From contig NC_091144.1 of assembly GCF_041381155.1 (NCBI RefSeq), positions 38,796,437-38,860,436 on the forward strand: a stretch of 64,000 bases of DNA, read 5' to 3'. The position numbers and the translations under genes are program-made. The notes beneath the pieces were generated by a model. That model did no database searches. It saw only the letters and a program-made list of their open reading frames with translations, and had not been told where the DNA came from. Below are positions 1 to 13,004 of the stretch, piece after piece (the first letter of the stretch is position 1; each line of letters begins with the position of its first letter). This DNA is from Argopecten irradians. Lineage: Eukaryota.

Positions 1-129
1 ACAAGCAATGTCATTGGACCTTTTAAACTATCGTTTGAAGAATGACCTTTTATGTTTTAATTTTGAGCTAAAACGTGTACATAAAAATAGGTAGGTTGTC
101 ATGATGTAAGCAGTAATATCAAAAATGTT

Positions 130-760
130 TTTTTTTTATTTTGAATGTACAATTGTACAATTTTCATCATCTTTATATAAAAAGTGGTTATGCATTAAGT
201 ATTAAATGTATGATATTCATCATTATTTATGTAAAAAGTAGTTATTCATTAATTATCAAATGTACAATATTCATCATTTTCATGTAAATATTAGTTATGT
301 ATTAATTATCACATGTACAATATTCATCATTTTTATCTAAAAAGTAGTTATGCATTAATTACAAATGTACAATATTCATCATTTTTATGTAAATTTAGTT
401 ATGTATTAATTATTCAATGTACAATTTTCATCGTCTCTATATAAAAAGTAGTTATGTATTAATTACAAATGTACATTATTCATCATTTTTATGTAAAAAT
501 TAGTTATGTATTAATCATTCAATGTACAATATTCATCACTTTTATAAAAAAAATAGTTATGTATTAATCATTCAATGTACAATTTTCATCGTCTCTATAT
601 CAAAAGTAGTTATGCATTAATTATCAAATGTACAAAATTCATAATCTCTATGTAAAAAGTAGTTATGCATTAATTATCAAATGTACAAAATTCATAATTT
701 TAATGTAAAAAGTAGTTACGTATTATTTATCAAAATGTACAATATCCATAATATATACAT
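130..760. repeat. Minisatellite array, ~53-58-bp AT-rich unit (consensus like aaaagtagttatgcattaattatcaaatgtacaatattcatcatttttatgtaaa), ~11 copies
   Basis: Direct reading: the unit recurs head-to-tail at 181, 234, 292, 343, 400, 455 and onward, with point variants. Confidence 0.85.
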
Positions 761-839
761 TATTAGAAAGGCTATTACTTTTAATAAGGTCATAATATAC
801 ATTCAATTTGATGTGTTATTAAAGTATTTATGATACAAA

Positions 840-3165
840 AAACATACAAGTATCCACACTAACGTGAGTTACATACAAGTATTCATACCAACCTTCTGTG
901 TTACATACAAGTATCCACACCAACCTTCTGTCTGTGTTACATACAAGTATCCACACCAACCTTCTGTGTTACATACAAGTATCCACACCAACCTTCCTCT
1001 GTGTTACATACAAGTATCCACACCAACCTTCTGTGTTACATACAAGTATCCACATCAACCTTCTGTGTTACATACAAGTATCCACACCAACCTTCTGTGT
1101 TACATACAAGTATCCACACCAACCTTCTGATAATGAGTTACATACAAGTATCCGCACCAACCTTATTTCTGTGTTACATACAAGTATCCATAACAATCTT
1201 CTACAAGTATCCATACAAACCTTCTGTGTTACAAACAAGTATCCACATCAACCTTCTGTGTTACATACAAGTATCCACACCAACCTTCTGTGTTACATAC
1301 AAGTATCCACACCAACCTTCCTTCTGTGTTACATACAAGTATCCACAATAACCCTCTGTGTTACATGCAAGTATCCACACCAAACTTCCTTCTGTGTTAC
1401 ATACAAGTATCCACACCAACCCTCTGTGTTACATACAAGTATCCACATCAACCTTCTGTGTTACATACAAGTATCCACACCAACCTTCTGTGTTACATAC
1501 AAGTATCCACACCAACCTTCTGTGTTACATACAAGTATCCACACCAACCTTCTGTGTTACATACAAGTATCCACACCAACCTTCTGTGTTACATACAAGT
1601 ATCCACACCAACCTTCTGTGTTACATACAAGTATCCACACCAACCTTTCTTCTGTGTTACATACAAGTATCCACACCAACCTTCCTTCTGTGTTACATAC
1701 AAGTATCCACACCAACCTTCCTTCTGTGTTACATACAAGTATCCACACCAACCCTTCTGTGTTACATACAAGTATCCACACCAACCTTCTGTGTTATATA
1801 CAAGCACCACACCAACCCTCTGTGTTACATACAAGTATCCACACCAACCTTCCTTCTGTGTTACATACAAGTATCCACACCAACCTTCCTTCTGTGTTAC
1901 ATACAAGTATCCACACCAACCTTCCTTCTGTGTTACATACAAGTATCCACACCAACCTTCTGTGTTACATACAAGTATCCACACCAACCTTCCTTCTGTG
2001 TTACATACAAGTATCCACACCAACCTTCTGTGTTACATACAAGTATCCACACCAACCTTCTGTGTTATATACAAGCACCACACCAACCCTCTGTGTTACA
2101 TACAAGTATCCACATCAACCTTTTTTCTGTTACATACAAGTATCCACACCAACCTTCCTTCTGTGTTACATGCAAGTATCCACACCAACCTTCTGTGTAC
2201 ATACAAGTATCCACACCAACCTTCTGTGTTACATACAAGTATCCACACCAACCTTCCTTCTGTGTTACATGCAAGTATCCACACCAACCTTCTGTGTTAT
2301 ATACAAGTATCCACACCAACCTTCCTTCTGTGTTACATACAAGTATCCACACCAACCTTCTGTGTTACATACAAGTATCCACACCAACCTTCCTTCTGTG
2401 TTACATACAAGTATCCACACCAACCTTCTGTGTTATATACAAGCACCACACCAACCCTCTGTGTTACATACAAGTATCTACACCAACCTTCCTTCTGTGT
2501 ACATACAAGTATCCACACCAACCTTCCTTCTGTGTTACATACAAGTATCCACACCAACCTTCCTTCTGTGTTACATACAAGTATCCACACCAACCTTCTG
2601 TGTTACATACAAGTATCCACATCAACCTTCTGTGTTACATACAAGTATCCACACCAACCTTCTGTGTTACATACAAGTATCCACACCAACCTTTCTGTGT
2701 TACATACAAGTATCCACACAACCTTCTGTGTTACATACAAGTATCCACACCAACCTTCTGTGTTACATACAAGTATCCACACCAACCTTCTGTGTTACAT
2801 ACAAGTATCCACACCAACCTTCTGTGTTACATACAAGTATCCACACAACCTTCTGTGTTACATACAAGTATCCACACCAACCTTTTGTGTACATACAAGC
2901 ATCCACATCAACCTCTCATCTGTGTTACATAAAAGTATCCACACCAACCTTCTGTGTTACATACAAGTATCCACACCAACCTTCTGTGTTACATACAAGT
3001 ATCCACACCAACCTTCTGTGTTACATACAAGTATCCACACCAACCTTCTGTGTTACATACAAGTATCCACACCAACCTTCCTTCTGTGTTACATACAAGT
3101 ATCCACACCAAACTTCTGAGTTACATACAAGTATCCACACCAACCTTCTTTCTGTAATTGTGTAA
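840..3165. repeat. Satellite array with a 32-bp unit (gtgttacatacaagtatccacaccaaccttct), ~68 copies; variants of 34-38 bp carry a ccttccttct insertion
   Basis: The period is 32 bp (acaccaacct at 1541 and again at 1573). The ORF track shows the same peptide cycling through all three frames, which is the signature of a repeat unit whose length is not a multiple of 3. Confidence 0.95.
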
Positions 3166-3544
3166 ACATCACTCAGGGCATGCTTACATGAAATATGTAT
3201 ATATTATACTTCCTGAATATAGATTTAATATTCAGTTTCTTTTCACATGAATATTTTATCTTCATTATATTTTATTTACCTCTAAGAACAATCAACTACT
3301 ACAAACACAGGTCCTTGACCACTTCTACCTTGTTTTTGTATACAATAATATTATAGCTCGGAATTGGTAGATGAAACAAATGCCTGTGCATGAATGATAG
3401 AAAATTGTGCTGTGATAGTGTGCAAGGGTATGTACGAACGAGAATGGTTATTTATGTGTGGAAGGAGAGAGGGAATGTATGAATGAAAAGGAGAAATAAG
3501 ATTATTGCTAGATGGAAAGAATGATGACCCAGACGTAGAAAGAA

Positions 3545-4335
3545 GGATGTAAGTTGATGGACGGATGAGTGTAATGTGAGGTGAGGACGTAGGACGGATG
3601 AGTGTGACGTAATGTGAGGTCGATGGACGGATGAGTGACGGTATGTGAGGTCGATGGACGGATGAGTGACGGTATGTGAGGTCGATGGACGGATGAGTGA
3701 CGTAATGTGAGGTCGATGGACGGATGAGTGACGTAATGTGAGGTCGATGGACGGATGAGTGACGTATGTGAGGTCGATGGACGGATGAGTGACGTAATGT
3801 GAGGTCGATGGACGGATGAGTGACGTAATGTGAGGTCGATGGACGGATGAGTGACGGTATGTGAGGTCGATGGACGGATGAGTGACGGTATGTGAGGTCG
3901 ATGGACGGATGAGTGACGGTATGTGAGGTCGATGGACGGATGAGTGACGGTATGTGAGGTCGATGGACGGATGAGTGACGTAATGTGAGGTCGATGGACG
4001 GATGAGTGACGGTATGTGAGGTCGATGGACGGATGAGTGACGTAATGTGAGGTCGATGGACGGATGAGTGACGTAATGTGAGGTCGATGGACGGATGAGT
4101 GACGTAATGTGAGGTCGATGGACGGATGAGTGACGTAATGTGAGGTCGATGGACGGATGAGTGACGTAATGTGAGGTCGATGGACGGATGAGTGACGTAA
4201 TGTGAGGTCGATGGACGGATGAGTGACGTAATGTGAGGTCGATGGACGGATGAGTGACGGTATGTGAGGTCGATGGACGGATGAGTGACGGTATGTGAGG
4301 TCGATGGACGGATGAGTGACGGTATGTTAGGTTGT
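3545..4335. repeat. Satellite array with a 31-bp unit (gaggtcgatggacggatgagtgacgtaatgt), ~25 copies; the + strand is G-rich
   Basis: The period is 31 bp (gtcgatggac at 3681 and 3712). Units alternate between cgtaatgt and cggtatgt variants. Confidence 0.95.
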
Positions 4336-5089
4336 TGACCGAGTCTGTCTAACATGTTATACTAGCAATCCTTCACAGAGAAGGCCAAATGGATGACATG
4401 TTAGGATTATTTTGTACTTTATTGACACAAATTTATTTGTTGAAATAAAGATTTCTATGTCTTAACACATTTGCCATCTTTGTCTTTTCCCAAGCCTCTT
4501 CCATTCTACTCGCCATTTGTCTGTCGTCATCCGACCATAAATATTTTACATTTTCGACTTCTTCTTCCCAAACCACTGAACCAAATAAATTGATTTTTTA
4601 CAGAACTATTTTATAACCAAAGAACTATAAAAATAGTTAGTTATATTGTCTTCAACCCCCAGGAGCCTGTTGGATGGGGCCAAAAAGGGTCAAAATGACA
4701 AAAAACCCACAAATGGTAGAATCAAATACTTTTATATATGTAAGGCTCATAACAACCTTCACATCAATTTGGCTATTTCCATAAAAACTACATAATTCTA
4801 CGACGAAATTAAGCATTAGATATCACTCAAATTGCATTGGTAGCATCATTATGGATGGGGTCTGAGGGGGGCAACTTTGCTATTTCCAATTGTAAGAGTT
4901 TTTGTGATAATTACCACATCACCCAGATGGGCGATACAGGCCCTCTTGGTGGGCCTCTTGTTTAACTTCATTGGGGTATGAAAGAAATTTTGTTTGCAAA
5001 CTACGTGGACTCGCACAAAAGTTTGCAAAACAGAAATTCAACTAAACCAATTCAAATCTATATTCACTAAACCATTTAAAGTGAACAGT

Positions 5090-5418
5090 CGGGCAAGGAT
5101 GGCTAAAGTCGGTAAAAATGGTGTGAATGTATCCAGTATAATTTCTTATGAAATGGAAAAATAAAAATCTCTCGTCAAAATCTGTCTGCGTACGAAGAAA
5201 TTAATTTAAAGTATGGGATTTCTAAAACGTCCTCCCGGCTCACTATGTCCGTGGTTACATTTCCACACAGCCTCGCTTTCAATGCTTTCAACTTTTCTTT
5301 ACTTTAATGGTCAGAAATGGGAAACTAAGCAGAACTTGACCGTCGTATTAATATGTGAGAACTTTTGGAAGACCAATGAACGCATTTAGACTGGTTTTTC
5401 TTTGTCCGACTATTCACT
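5090..5418 (+). mobile_element. MITE family B copy 1 (~330 bp). TIR AGTGAACAGTCGGGCAAGG ... CTTTGTCCGACTATTCACT, flanked by TTAA on both sides
   Basis: The terminal inverted repeats were read directly. TTAA sits at 5086-5089 and at 5419-5422. Near-identical copies lie at 19280-19617 and 60471-60818. Confidence 0.8.
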
Positions 5419-5439
5419 TTAATAGTGAGCTTCCAGAAA

Positions 5440-6180
5440 CAAGATTTACAGCAGAATCCAACATATCAATTAGAATCTCCCAGAAAGGTCTTAGGAAACT
5501 ACCTCAAAAATAAATCACAAAATTATCAGGTCCAGACAGTATACCAAATCGTCTTCTAAAAGGATGTGCACAACAACTTGCGCCGATATTAACAACTATA
5601 ATGCAAAAAAACCTTAGACACAGGGGAACTATACCAAAAGTCTGGGGATATGACGAAATATCAATCATCTTTGAAAGGGAGATAAACACCAGCCAGAGGA
5701 CTACCGACCGGTATCGCTTACATCTGTAACCTGCAAAATTCTGGACCACATCATCTGTAGCCATATGGCATATCTCAATCATGGACCACTTTCTACGAGA
5801 TTACGACAAAGAACACCATGTGGACGGTGGCCATCTTTGACTTCTCCAAAGCCTTTGACACTGTCCGTCGTGGCAAACTACTCCACAAACAAGATCGAGA
5901 TGGAATCAAAGGTAAATTACACAAATGGCTCACTAACTTCCTAACAACTTGGAAGATGATGAGAACAATAGTATAAGGAGCCAAGCCAGAAGAAACATCA
6001 GTAGACTCCGGGGTACCCCAAGGCACCGTTCTCGGACCAATACTATTCCTTTGCCATGTTAATAACTTACCGGATAGTGTCCGTATCTTTGTGTACAAAT
6101 CGGCACTGGTCACCGTCCGGCTGCTGCGTTTTCTCTGGTATATAGATATCTGCCTGTATTGAGGCATCAAATTGCTCAGT
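5440..6180 (+). pseudogene. Degraded non-LTR (LINE) reverse-transcriptase fragment
   Basis: The + strand translates to ...GPDSIPNRLLKGCAQQLAPILTTIMQKNLRHRGTIPKVWGYDEISIIFEREINTSQRTTDRYRLHL*PAKFWTTS...HHVDGGHL*LLQSL*HCPSWQTT...SRLRGTPRHRSRTNTIPLPC. Each piece matches a canonical LINE RT motif: GPDGIP...LK, then P..WK.A.V.PI.KKG, then NYRPISL, then LDFSKAFD.V.H..L, then SGVPQGSVLGP.LF. Several stops and frameshifts interrupt it. Confidence 0.75.
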
Positions 6181-7039
6181 TTCTGTAGGGACCGAACTAC
6201 AAAGCTTCTACCGACAGCGGAACTATGTTGATTTGATCTTTAGGCGCCTTTCTCTCTGTTTATCCTGTCAGGAAATGGAGGTAAGGTCCTCAGATGAAGA
6301 ACCCTCAGATACAACAAGCGAATTGTCCCAAGGTCCTGCTCCTTCCAGCTCTCTAGATATGTCTGTCGACAATGCTTTACTGACCGGACATGAGGTAGAA
6401 GTTTGGGCCTTTACTGACTGGACATTTCGAATCCCCTCCAAAGAAACTTGTTCCGGAATAGTTCAAACAATCCAGGAAACTGGATCAATTTCTATGACTC
6501 AGTTTTTGATGTATTTTATACTGAGGCAGTCTAAAATCAAATACATACCGAACTGAAAACAGGATTCCTGTCCATGCATTTTCTGAATACACCTGCAATA
6601 CTAATTGTCCACTTAGCATTGTAGGTGTATTCAGAATACACATGTAGTTTAATTCGTGTCTTAGCATAACCATTTCTAAAGAAATCATTAAATGTTTATA
6701 ATAAAAGTATTGTACATTATCCAGCAACTGTGATGATAAAAAGAGTGATGTTTTCAAAATTGTCTATACAACTGTACATTTCATATCGTACGACTGCATT
6801 TTTCTACCCACTTACCTTCTCCCTCCATTTTGACTCTCACCGTATCAAACAGCCTCTTTCTGGCTCATTTCACACTATTACTTCCCTCTCCCCAGCTCAC
6901 GTACCGATTCAGCGTACCTATCATATTTCAAGCTCACTCTTCAAGCTGACCACCGACTAGTCGCTCAGACCATAAGAAAAACGGGACTCCCAAAGAAACA
7001 ATTGCTGGTAGATGTATTCTGTGAGAAGTCACCTAGTCA

Positions 7040-7800
7040 TGCCATATTAGGGACCTCCGATCCACCCACCTTCGCAAACAAGAGGGAAGGCCAATCAGGG
7101 TTAATAGTGGAACTTTGATTATGCTTTGGTACGTAATGCACCTGTGTTGGAAAGAAGAAGAAAAACATACCTCTAAAATTAAACTTCATTATATATAGCA
7201 TCTAAAATCGATCTTTCTAAATATTAATATTTTAATGCATATATCTTTGTATCTCTGTTCAAAATTAACGTTAACTACTTAAAGATGCTCCACCGCTGAC
7301 TAATGGTAAATTTTCACTATCAAAAACAGGAGCAGACGATTTAGTAGTTTTCTTCAGTTCTAAAAGTTACTAACTTAACATCATTACCACCATTGAAAAG
7401 TTTGAGTTTCTAAAATAAATAATTGCATCCCGAAAAAATTCCGTCGCACTATATCCTATATGGAATGAAGTAATGATTGCGCATGCACCAAAGGCGAAAT
7501 AAATTATCTTATGTTATTTTTTGTGTTAATTAGGCATATATATACACGATTAAACACAAATTATTGTTCAAATGATGAATATCACTTATGCTCTGTCGGC
7601 GGTGGAGCATCTTTAACAGAACCCTTGAAGTAAGTTTAGAACATTCATAAATAAACTTGGATTTACATCGTCAATTTCAAAGTAGAGTTAGGATTTTTTT
7701 CGTTTTTGATATTATTTCTCTGTTAAGGCAATCCCGGTAACTCTGTATGATTTCTTTTTATTATACCTGTATACCCTTGTATACCCTTGTGATACTAGTG
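7040..7800. repeat. Local segmental duplication, copy 1 (paralogue of 9330-9700). This copy is interrupted by MITE A1
   Basis: 7040-7282 and 7617-7800 align with 9335-9545 and 9546-9700 (aagggaaggccaatcagggtt... and ...gtaagtttagaa.attcataaat.aacttggattta...). Confidence 0.75.
7283..7612 (+). mobile_element. MITE family A copy 1 (~330 bp), piggyBac-like. TIR AGATGCTCCACCGCYGAC, TTAA target-site duplication
   Basis: The element starts agatgctccaccgctgac and ends gtcggcggtggagcatct. TTAA lies at 7279-7282 and 7613-7616. The empty paralogous site at ~9541 reads ctatTTAAcag. Confidence 0.85.
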
Positions 7801-7924
7801 ATTACAACAAGTATTTGGTTGGAAAGAATATGGAAATTAAACAATGATATGATAATATTGCTTAGCAATTTCAAATGTTGGAAATGAAACCACGATTCAA
7901 GGGGGACCTTAATGGTACAAAACA

Positions 7925-8565
7925 CACGTTCTTTGTAGTAAAACGTAGTAAAACAAGTCACGTGCTTATACAATGTACCTCATTCATGCCATTGGCCGGG
8001 ATTTTGGGTGACTATTGATCACACGATTGTGTGTTTACTTTGACTTCGATTTCTCTGGCCTGGTATAAAGTATATATAATTTGGCCTTTTGACAGAGAAC
8101 TTATTTTCTTTGTGTTATAATTATCTGTTCTGAAAACTAAAGCAGGTAATTACAAATTTATAATTTCACGAATTAAGCCGGGAGTAGCCGATCTTCGCTG
8201 ATCCTAGATTAGATGGTTAGACCGATTGAGTTTGTCATTTCGCTTTATATCATTTATAGATAAAACGTAGAAATGGCGGTTTTATAACTCATTTCAGTCC
8301 ATTATTTATAGTAAAACAGAACATATTGCAAGTCAAAATGATATGCATGCAATATTAATAGCATTGTGACGTCTAAATATTTCCAAATAAATCAATTTTC
8401 ACGAAAAATGGCAAGCAAACTATCACTATATTTGGAAGTAACACACAATCACGTGATCAGTAGTTACCCATAATACAACTCTATATTTCGGCCAATGGCA
8501 TAAATGAGGTATAATCACGTGACTTGTTTCACTACGTTGTTACTACAAAAAATGGATGCAAAAAT
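7925..8565. mobile_element. Element of ~640 bp with long (~70-80 bp) terminal inverted repeats; foldback or MITE-like
   Basis: 7935-8010 (gtagtaaaacaagtcacgtgcttatacaatgtacctcattcatgccattggccg) is the reverse complement of 8480-8555 (cggccaatggcataaatgaggta..cacgtgacttgtttcactacg). Confidence 0.6.
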
Positions 8566-9329
8566 ATATTATGAATTACAATGTGCTTACCGACTTTGGA
8601 GGTAAAACCACGTCCCGGGAGGATTTTCAACCCTAATGTTGAACCTGTCCATTAAGACCGTTATGAATATTCTTAATGCATTTATATAAGTGTATCAGGG
8701 TATGTAAATATGTATATATGGACAGGGCAAGCTAACAAGTTAAACTGGCTTCCCAAAGTCTATTGTGTACGGTACCTGTACTGTGACCTTGGTATATGGC
8801 TCTTATAGATATTTTATTCCTCGTGAGTCCTTCACAGCATCACAAAAATAGTTATTTACAGTTGAAAATATTGTTAATAATTAGATGAAGTTATCAAGTC
8901 CTGTAACTATTACAAATATTGACAGATTTTGACCAGTAACGAACCCTCTAAGGTTTCATTGATATAAAACAATATACCAAATCTGGTTGAAATCGGACGA
9001 TAAATATTTAAGTTGTTGCACGGAAACCATTTCCCGGACGCCGACACCGACGTAGTGATACCCTACCCCTAGCATTGCAAAAATAACCGGTTTTGCAGCA
9101 ATATTTCCCATGTGACTTTTTCTGTTGTATTTTTTTAAACTTTTGTTTGAAAATATCTTCAAGTTTCGCTTATTCGTTGTCATTTACGTATGCGTAACGC
9201 TTCAAATTTTATATGCAAAAATGATTCGTGAAACGCGAATAAAAACCTTCAATATATCGCAAATTATGTAAACTGAGGCATGCGAAATCTGACCTAAATC
9301 ACCGTCACTATTTTTGTAGAGCGTAACTA

Positions 9330-9700
9330 CAATTACCCACGGGAAGGCCAATCAGGGTTTAAGGGAGCTTTAATTACATCTTGGAACATAATGCTCCTGT
9401 GTTTGAAAGAATAAAGAAACATACCAGTAGAACTAATCTTCTTATACATATAGCAACTAAAATAGACCTTTCTAAAAACAATATTTCTAAAACATATCTC
9501 TTTGCAGCTATGTCCAAAATTAACGCTGAACTATTTAACAGAAAACATTAGAGTAAGTTTAGAATATTCATAAATGAACTTGGATTTATATCTTCACTTA
9601 CAAAGTTGAGTAAGGGTTTTTTTCGTCCCGGTAACTCTGATTTCTTTCTATTATATCTGTATACCCTTGTGGTAATACTACTATTAACCCTGTAATTATC
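9330..9700. repeat. Local segmental duplication, copy 2. Holds the empty site for MITE A
   Basis: It aligns with 7040-7282 plus 7617-7800, and nothing is inserted at the TTAA near 9541. Confidence 0.75.
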
Positions 9701-10469
9701 GCCACCGATGGCGGAGACCATGGATTAAACGAATTTTAATTACGGTGATACTATCATTTGCGATGCAGGTGAAAAGATTGTTTCTCAAAGAGTTTGTGTA
9801 CATGAAAATGATAAGTGGGTGTACTTGAGTCTATGGTAGTTGCGTGCCTAACAAAATAAGGAGATACCAGAGATACAAAGTGTTTGACAATTTTGGTACC
9901 TGAGTTTTATGATAACATATTAAATTTATGTATCCAATTTGATTTGTAATATGTAACTTATCCACATTGGATTTCTTAATTTCCAAACTAGTATGGTTCT
10001 GGCGATAGAGGGGAAATAACTCTGGCATACCTGGGATATAGCAAGCCTTCAGTATTGTATTGATATCAAATAAATAGATATTTTATGAATTAATTTCGAA
10101 ATTAATTAATTAATATATATTTCTCCTTCATTTGATTTGATTCAGAGTTTGAAAGTTTGATCGCCTAGTGTTTTCTAAACAACCGTATGGCCCGTCTAAA
10201 CAAAATCCACTTGGTTGTGACCATGATCATAAAATGGGATCGTGATTATAATTGGACGTCATACTACAATTATTTGTTATTGAAAACAATTGGAATAGAA
10301 TATATATTATAATTCCCACTCTGTTTTAGACCTCTATGGAACTATCAAGAATCACAGGAATTTGGCTCTATAGATATACGAACACCTCTATATATACGTG
10401 TGCGTAATACTGTGACACAGTATGACATATATAATTTATAGAATTAAAAGCCTGTGGTGAGAACAACGA

Positions 10470-10700
10470 GCTTTAATCGGATTGCATTCATTACCGCATC
10501 GACTGTTGGTGTTATATAAAAACCAGTATCCGTTAGAAAAATCATCGACCTTTGTGGAGTATTCACATGGAAACCGGAGTATCCGAAAAGAAAAATCGTC
10601 AACCTTTGTCGAGTACCCAATGTAGAATTCACATGAAAACAGGAGTATCCGAAAGAAAAATCGTCGACCGTTGTCGAGTACCCAATGTAGAATTTAACAT
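10470..10700. repeat. Tandem repeat with a ~65-bp unit, ~3 copies (ggagtatccgaaagaaaaatcgtcgacc.ttgtcgagtacccaatgtagaattcacatgaaaac)
   Basis: Read directly from the sequence. Confidence 0.7.
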
Positions 10701-11097
10701 CATTATCCAATAGCGGAGGACTAGAGATGGCCTAACCGTAATATTTTCCCGCTCGACCTGAGCAGACGGTCTAAGAGAGAAACATTTACATAAGTAGTGG
10801 ATTGTGTCTTTGTGTATTTTGGAAGTGTAGCATGACTCATGATCACTAGGACTTGTTTAAGTACAGTATTGTATGGGTGTGATTATTTGTGCAGTTGGCT
10901 CTCTCAACAAGTGCCTTTGCACGTGCATTGCTCACGTGATACGTATAATACATATGGAATATCAGCTCATGCATGCAACGGACGACCTATGATGCAGGAA
11001 TTACAATGCAATGTGTGTTTCACTTTGGGTTTGTTTTTGTTTTGTTTACAGATTTGTAAACAATGGTTTTATCAGTACATAACTTATATAAAATACA

Positions 11098-11456
11098 AGA
11101 TGCTCCACCGCTGACACACGGTATTTTTTCACTATCAAAAACATGAGCAGACGATTTAGTATTATCTTTAGTTAAAAAAGTTACTTACTTTACACCATTA
11201 CCACCATTGAAAAGTTTGAGCTTATAATTTTACTTTAAGTTAAAAATATGAAAAATAATTGATTGCATCCCGAAAAAATCCCGTGTCACTATATCCTATA
11301 TGGAATGAAGTACTGATTCCGCATGCACCAAATTAAGGCAAAATAAATTATTTCATTACATTTTTTGTTCTAATTAGACATATATATACACAATTAAACA
11401 CCAATTATTGTTCAAATGATGAATATCATTGATGCTCTGTCGGCGGTGGAGCATTT
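11098..11456 (+). mobile_element. MITE family A copy 2
   Basis: It runs agatgctccaccgctgacacacgg ... ctctgtcggcggtggagcattt and is collinear with A1. TTAA is preserved only on the right side. Confidence 0.8.
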
Positions 11457-13004
11457 TTAAACAGCACTCGATTCGATAGATGCAGCTCTGCTAAATGTTA
11501 AGTATGAGACCTTTTCTAATCTGAAAGTTTATATAAATATCTACATCAAAAAAATTGTAATGTCGAAAGGGGTGCAAAATTAGGAAAAATTAAAATTTGT
11601 CTGTTGGTATTTTTCATTGGAACTTTGTAATAGCAATTTTTGTCTGAATAGAGAAAGGAAAACAAATAATACGACTCTCTATTTTGAACTGTCTGGGAAT
11701 GGAATACTTTAACATTAAGCCTTGAGTTGACTATTACATGTCACTGATATTTGTGATTGAAGAGGCCAAAATATTTTAAGTAGTTTTGTAAGTTTCCTAC
11801 TTCAATACTAGTGCATATAACTTAGGAACATTTCACCTAAAACAGATACTGCTGGTATAATACCTGACTTACCGTTGGAAAAAAATATCTGTAAATGGTC
11901 AGAATCATCTACTTATTATCAAAAAAACTGAAACTACTCTTACAAAATAAAATCAAAATATTTTTTCTTCACTTAGTAAATAAAAGTTGGTTTGTCATAT
12001 CCCTATAGTTTTAGTCGCTACCTGTCGAAGTGAAAACCAATTGCGTAAACCATTCCTCGCCGTGTCTGTTCCGTGGATTAGCGTCACGATTAAATATTGT
12101 TACGTGTGTAATCCGTCTGGTAATATAGCGCGCGCATTGCGCGTGATGAATACAGCGGCCCTAGCACCTCTGCCAACAGCTCCTGTCCGTAAAATATCCT
12201 CCGCCGTCGGTTCGCATTATTGGTATCTCCCATTGTACATGTGCCAGGTTCGCCGAACGTCCTTGATGTTAAGGTCACAGAAAAATCTTCACTTTCAAGG
12301 TTGAACTCATAAAGAGAAAGTCGAAAGTATTAAAATAACCAAAATCACATGATGAAAGCTATCATTTTCAGACATATATATATGTTGAGTAAACATACCT
12401 GTGCATTTCCATGACGATTTAAATTATCGCCTGTAGTTATAATCTTTTCTTACATGTTTCTACATTAAATTGCAATATATGGCACTTAAAGTGAGCTGAT
12501 TTAAAGCACAGACATTCATAACTCATGAGTTTAAGATATAATTTCTCTGGTAGTTTCAATGATGTAGCACATATTCTTTCAACCTTTCTCAATAATTTAC
12601 ACTGAGTTGTCTCTTCGATTAAAATTTATTATCGCATAAATTGATTTGTTTTTATTTGAAACTTAAATTTCATACAGTTTATATGAATATTGGAAGATTT
12701 TGTTAACAAAAGAATCGGCAACATAAAACTAACAATGAAAAATATGCATTGTTAGCTTAAGATACAATTGTATGATAATGCTACCAAAGATAATGAAGTT
12801 ATATGTTCCATTAAACAGCATTTCCCAGTTAAATAACAATGTAAAACGCATTGTAAAGTTAAATTGGACGGGTAATTCGGGGTAAGTAACAGACAAGTGA
12901 CAACAAGGAAACGATGTAATTAAATTATTCAAAATGACTTGCCCGAAATTATAGTAAGTTATTAAAACCTAAACAAACCCAAACGATACTCCATGGGTTA
13001 CTGG

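Noticed and set aside
898-3165. 755-, 609-, 524- and 116-aa + strand ORFs and several 60-144-aa - strand ORFs across 864-3165
   Set aside because: They lie entirely within the 32-bp satellite. The same peptide cycles through all three frames because 32 is not divisible by 3. They are artifacts of stop-free repeat units, not genes.
840-3165. CRISPR-like regular short repeats
   Set aside because: The units are directly abutting, with no unique spacers, and the genome context is eukaryotic. This is a satellite.
3351-4355. 334-aa minus-strand ORF
   Set aside because: It spans the 31-bp satellite, where 3 x 31 = 93 nt gives a 31-aa periodic peptide. It is a repeat artifact.
6233-6556. 107-aa + ORF downstream of the LINE fragment
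   Set aside because: I recognise no similarity, it is flanked by decayed transposon sequence, and its composition is unremarkable. The support is insufficient.
11987-12304. GC-rich patch with a 105-aa ORF and a gcgcgcgcattgcgcgtg palindrome
   Set aside because: The ORF is short with no recognisable domain or splice context. It could be a CpG-island-like fragment, but I cannot support a feature call.
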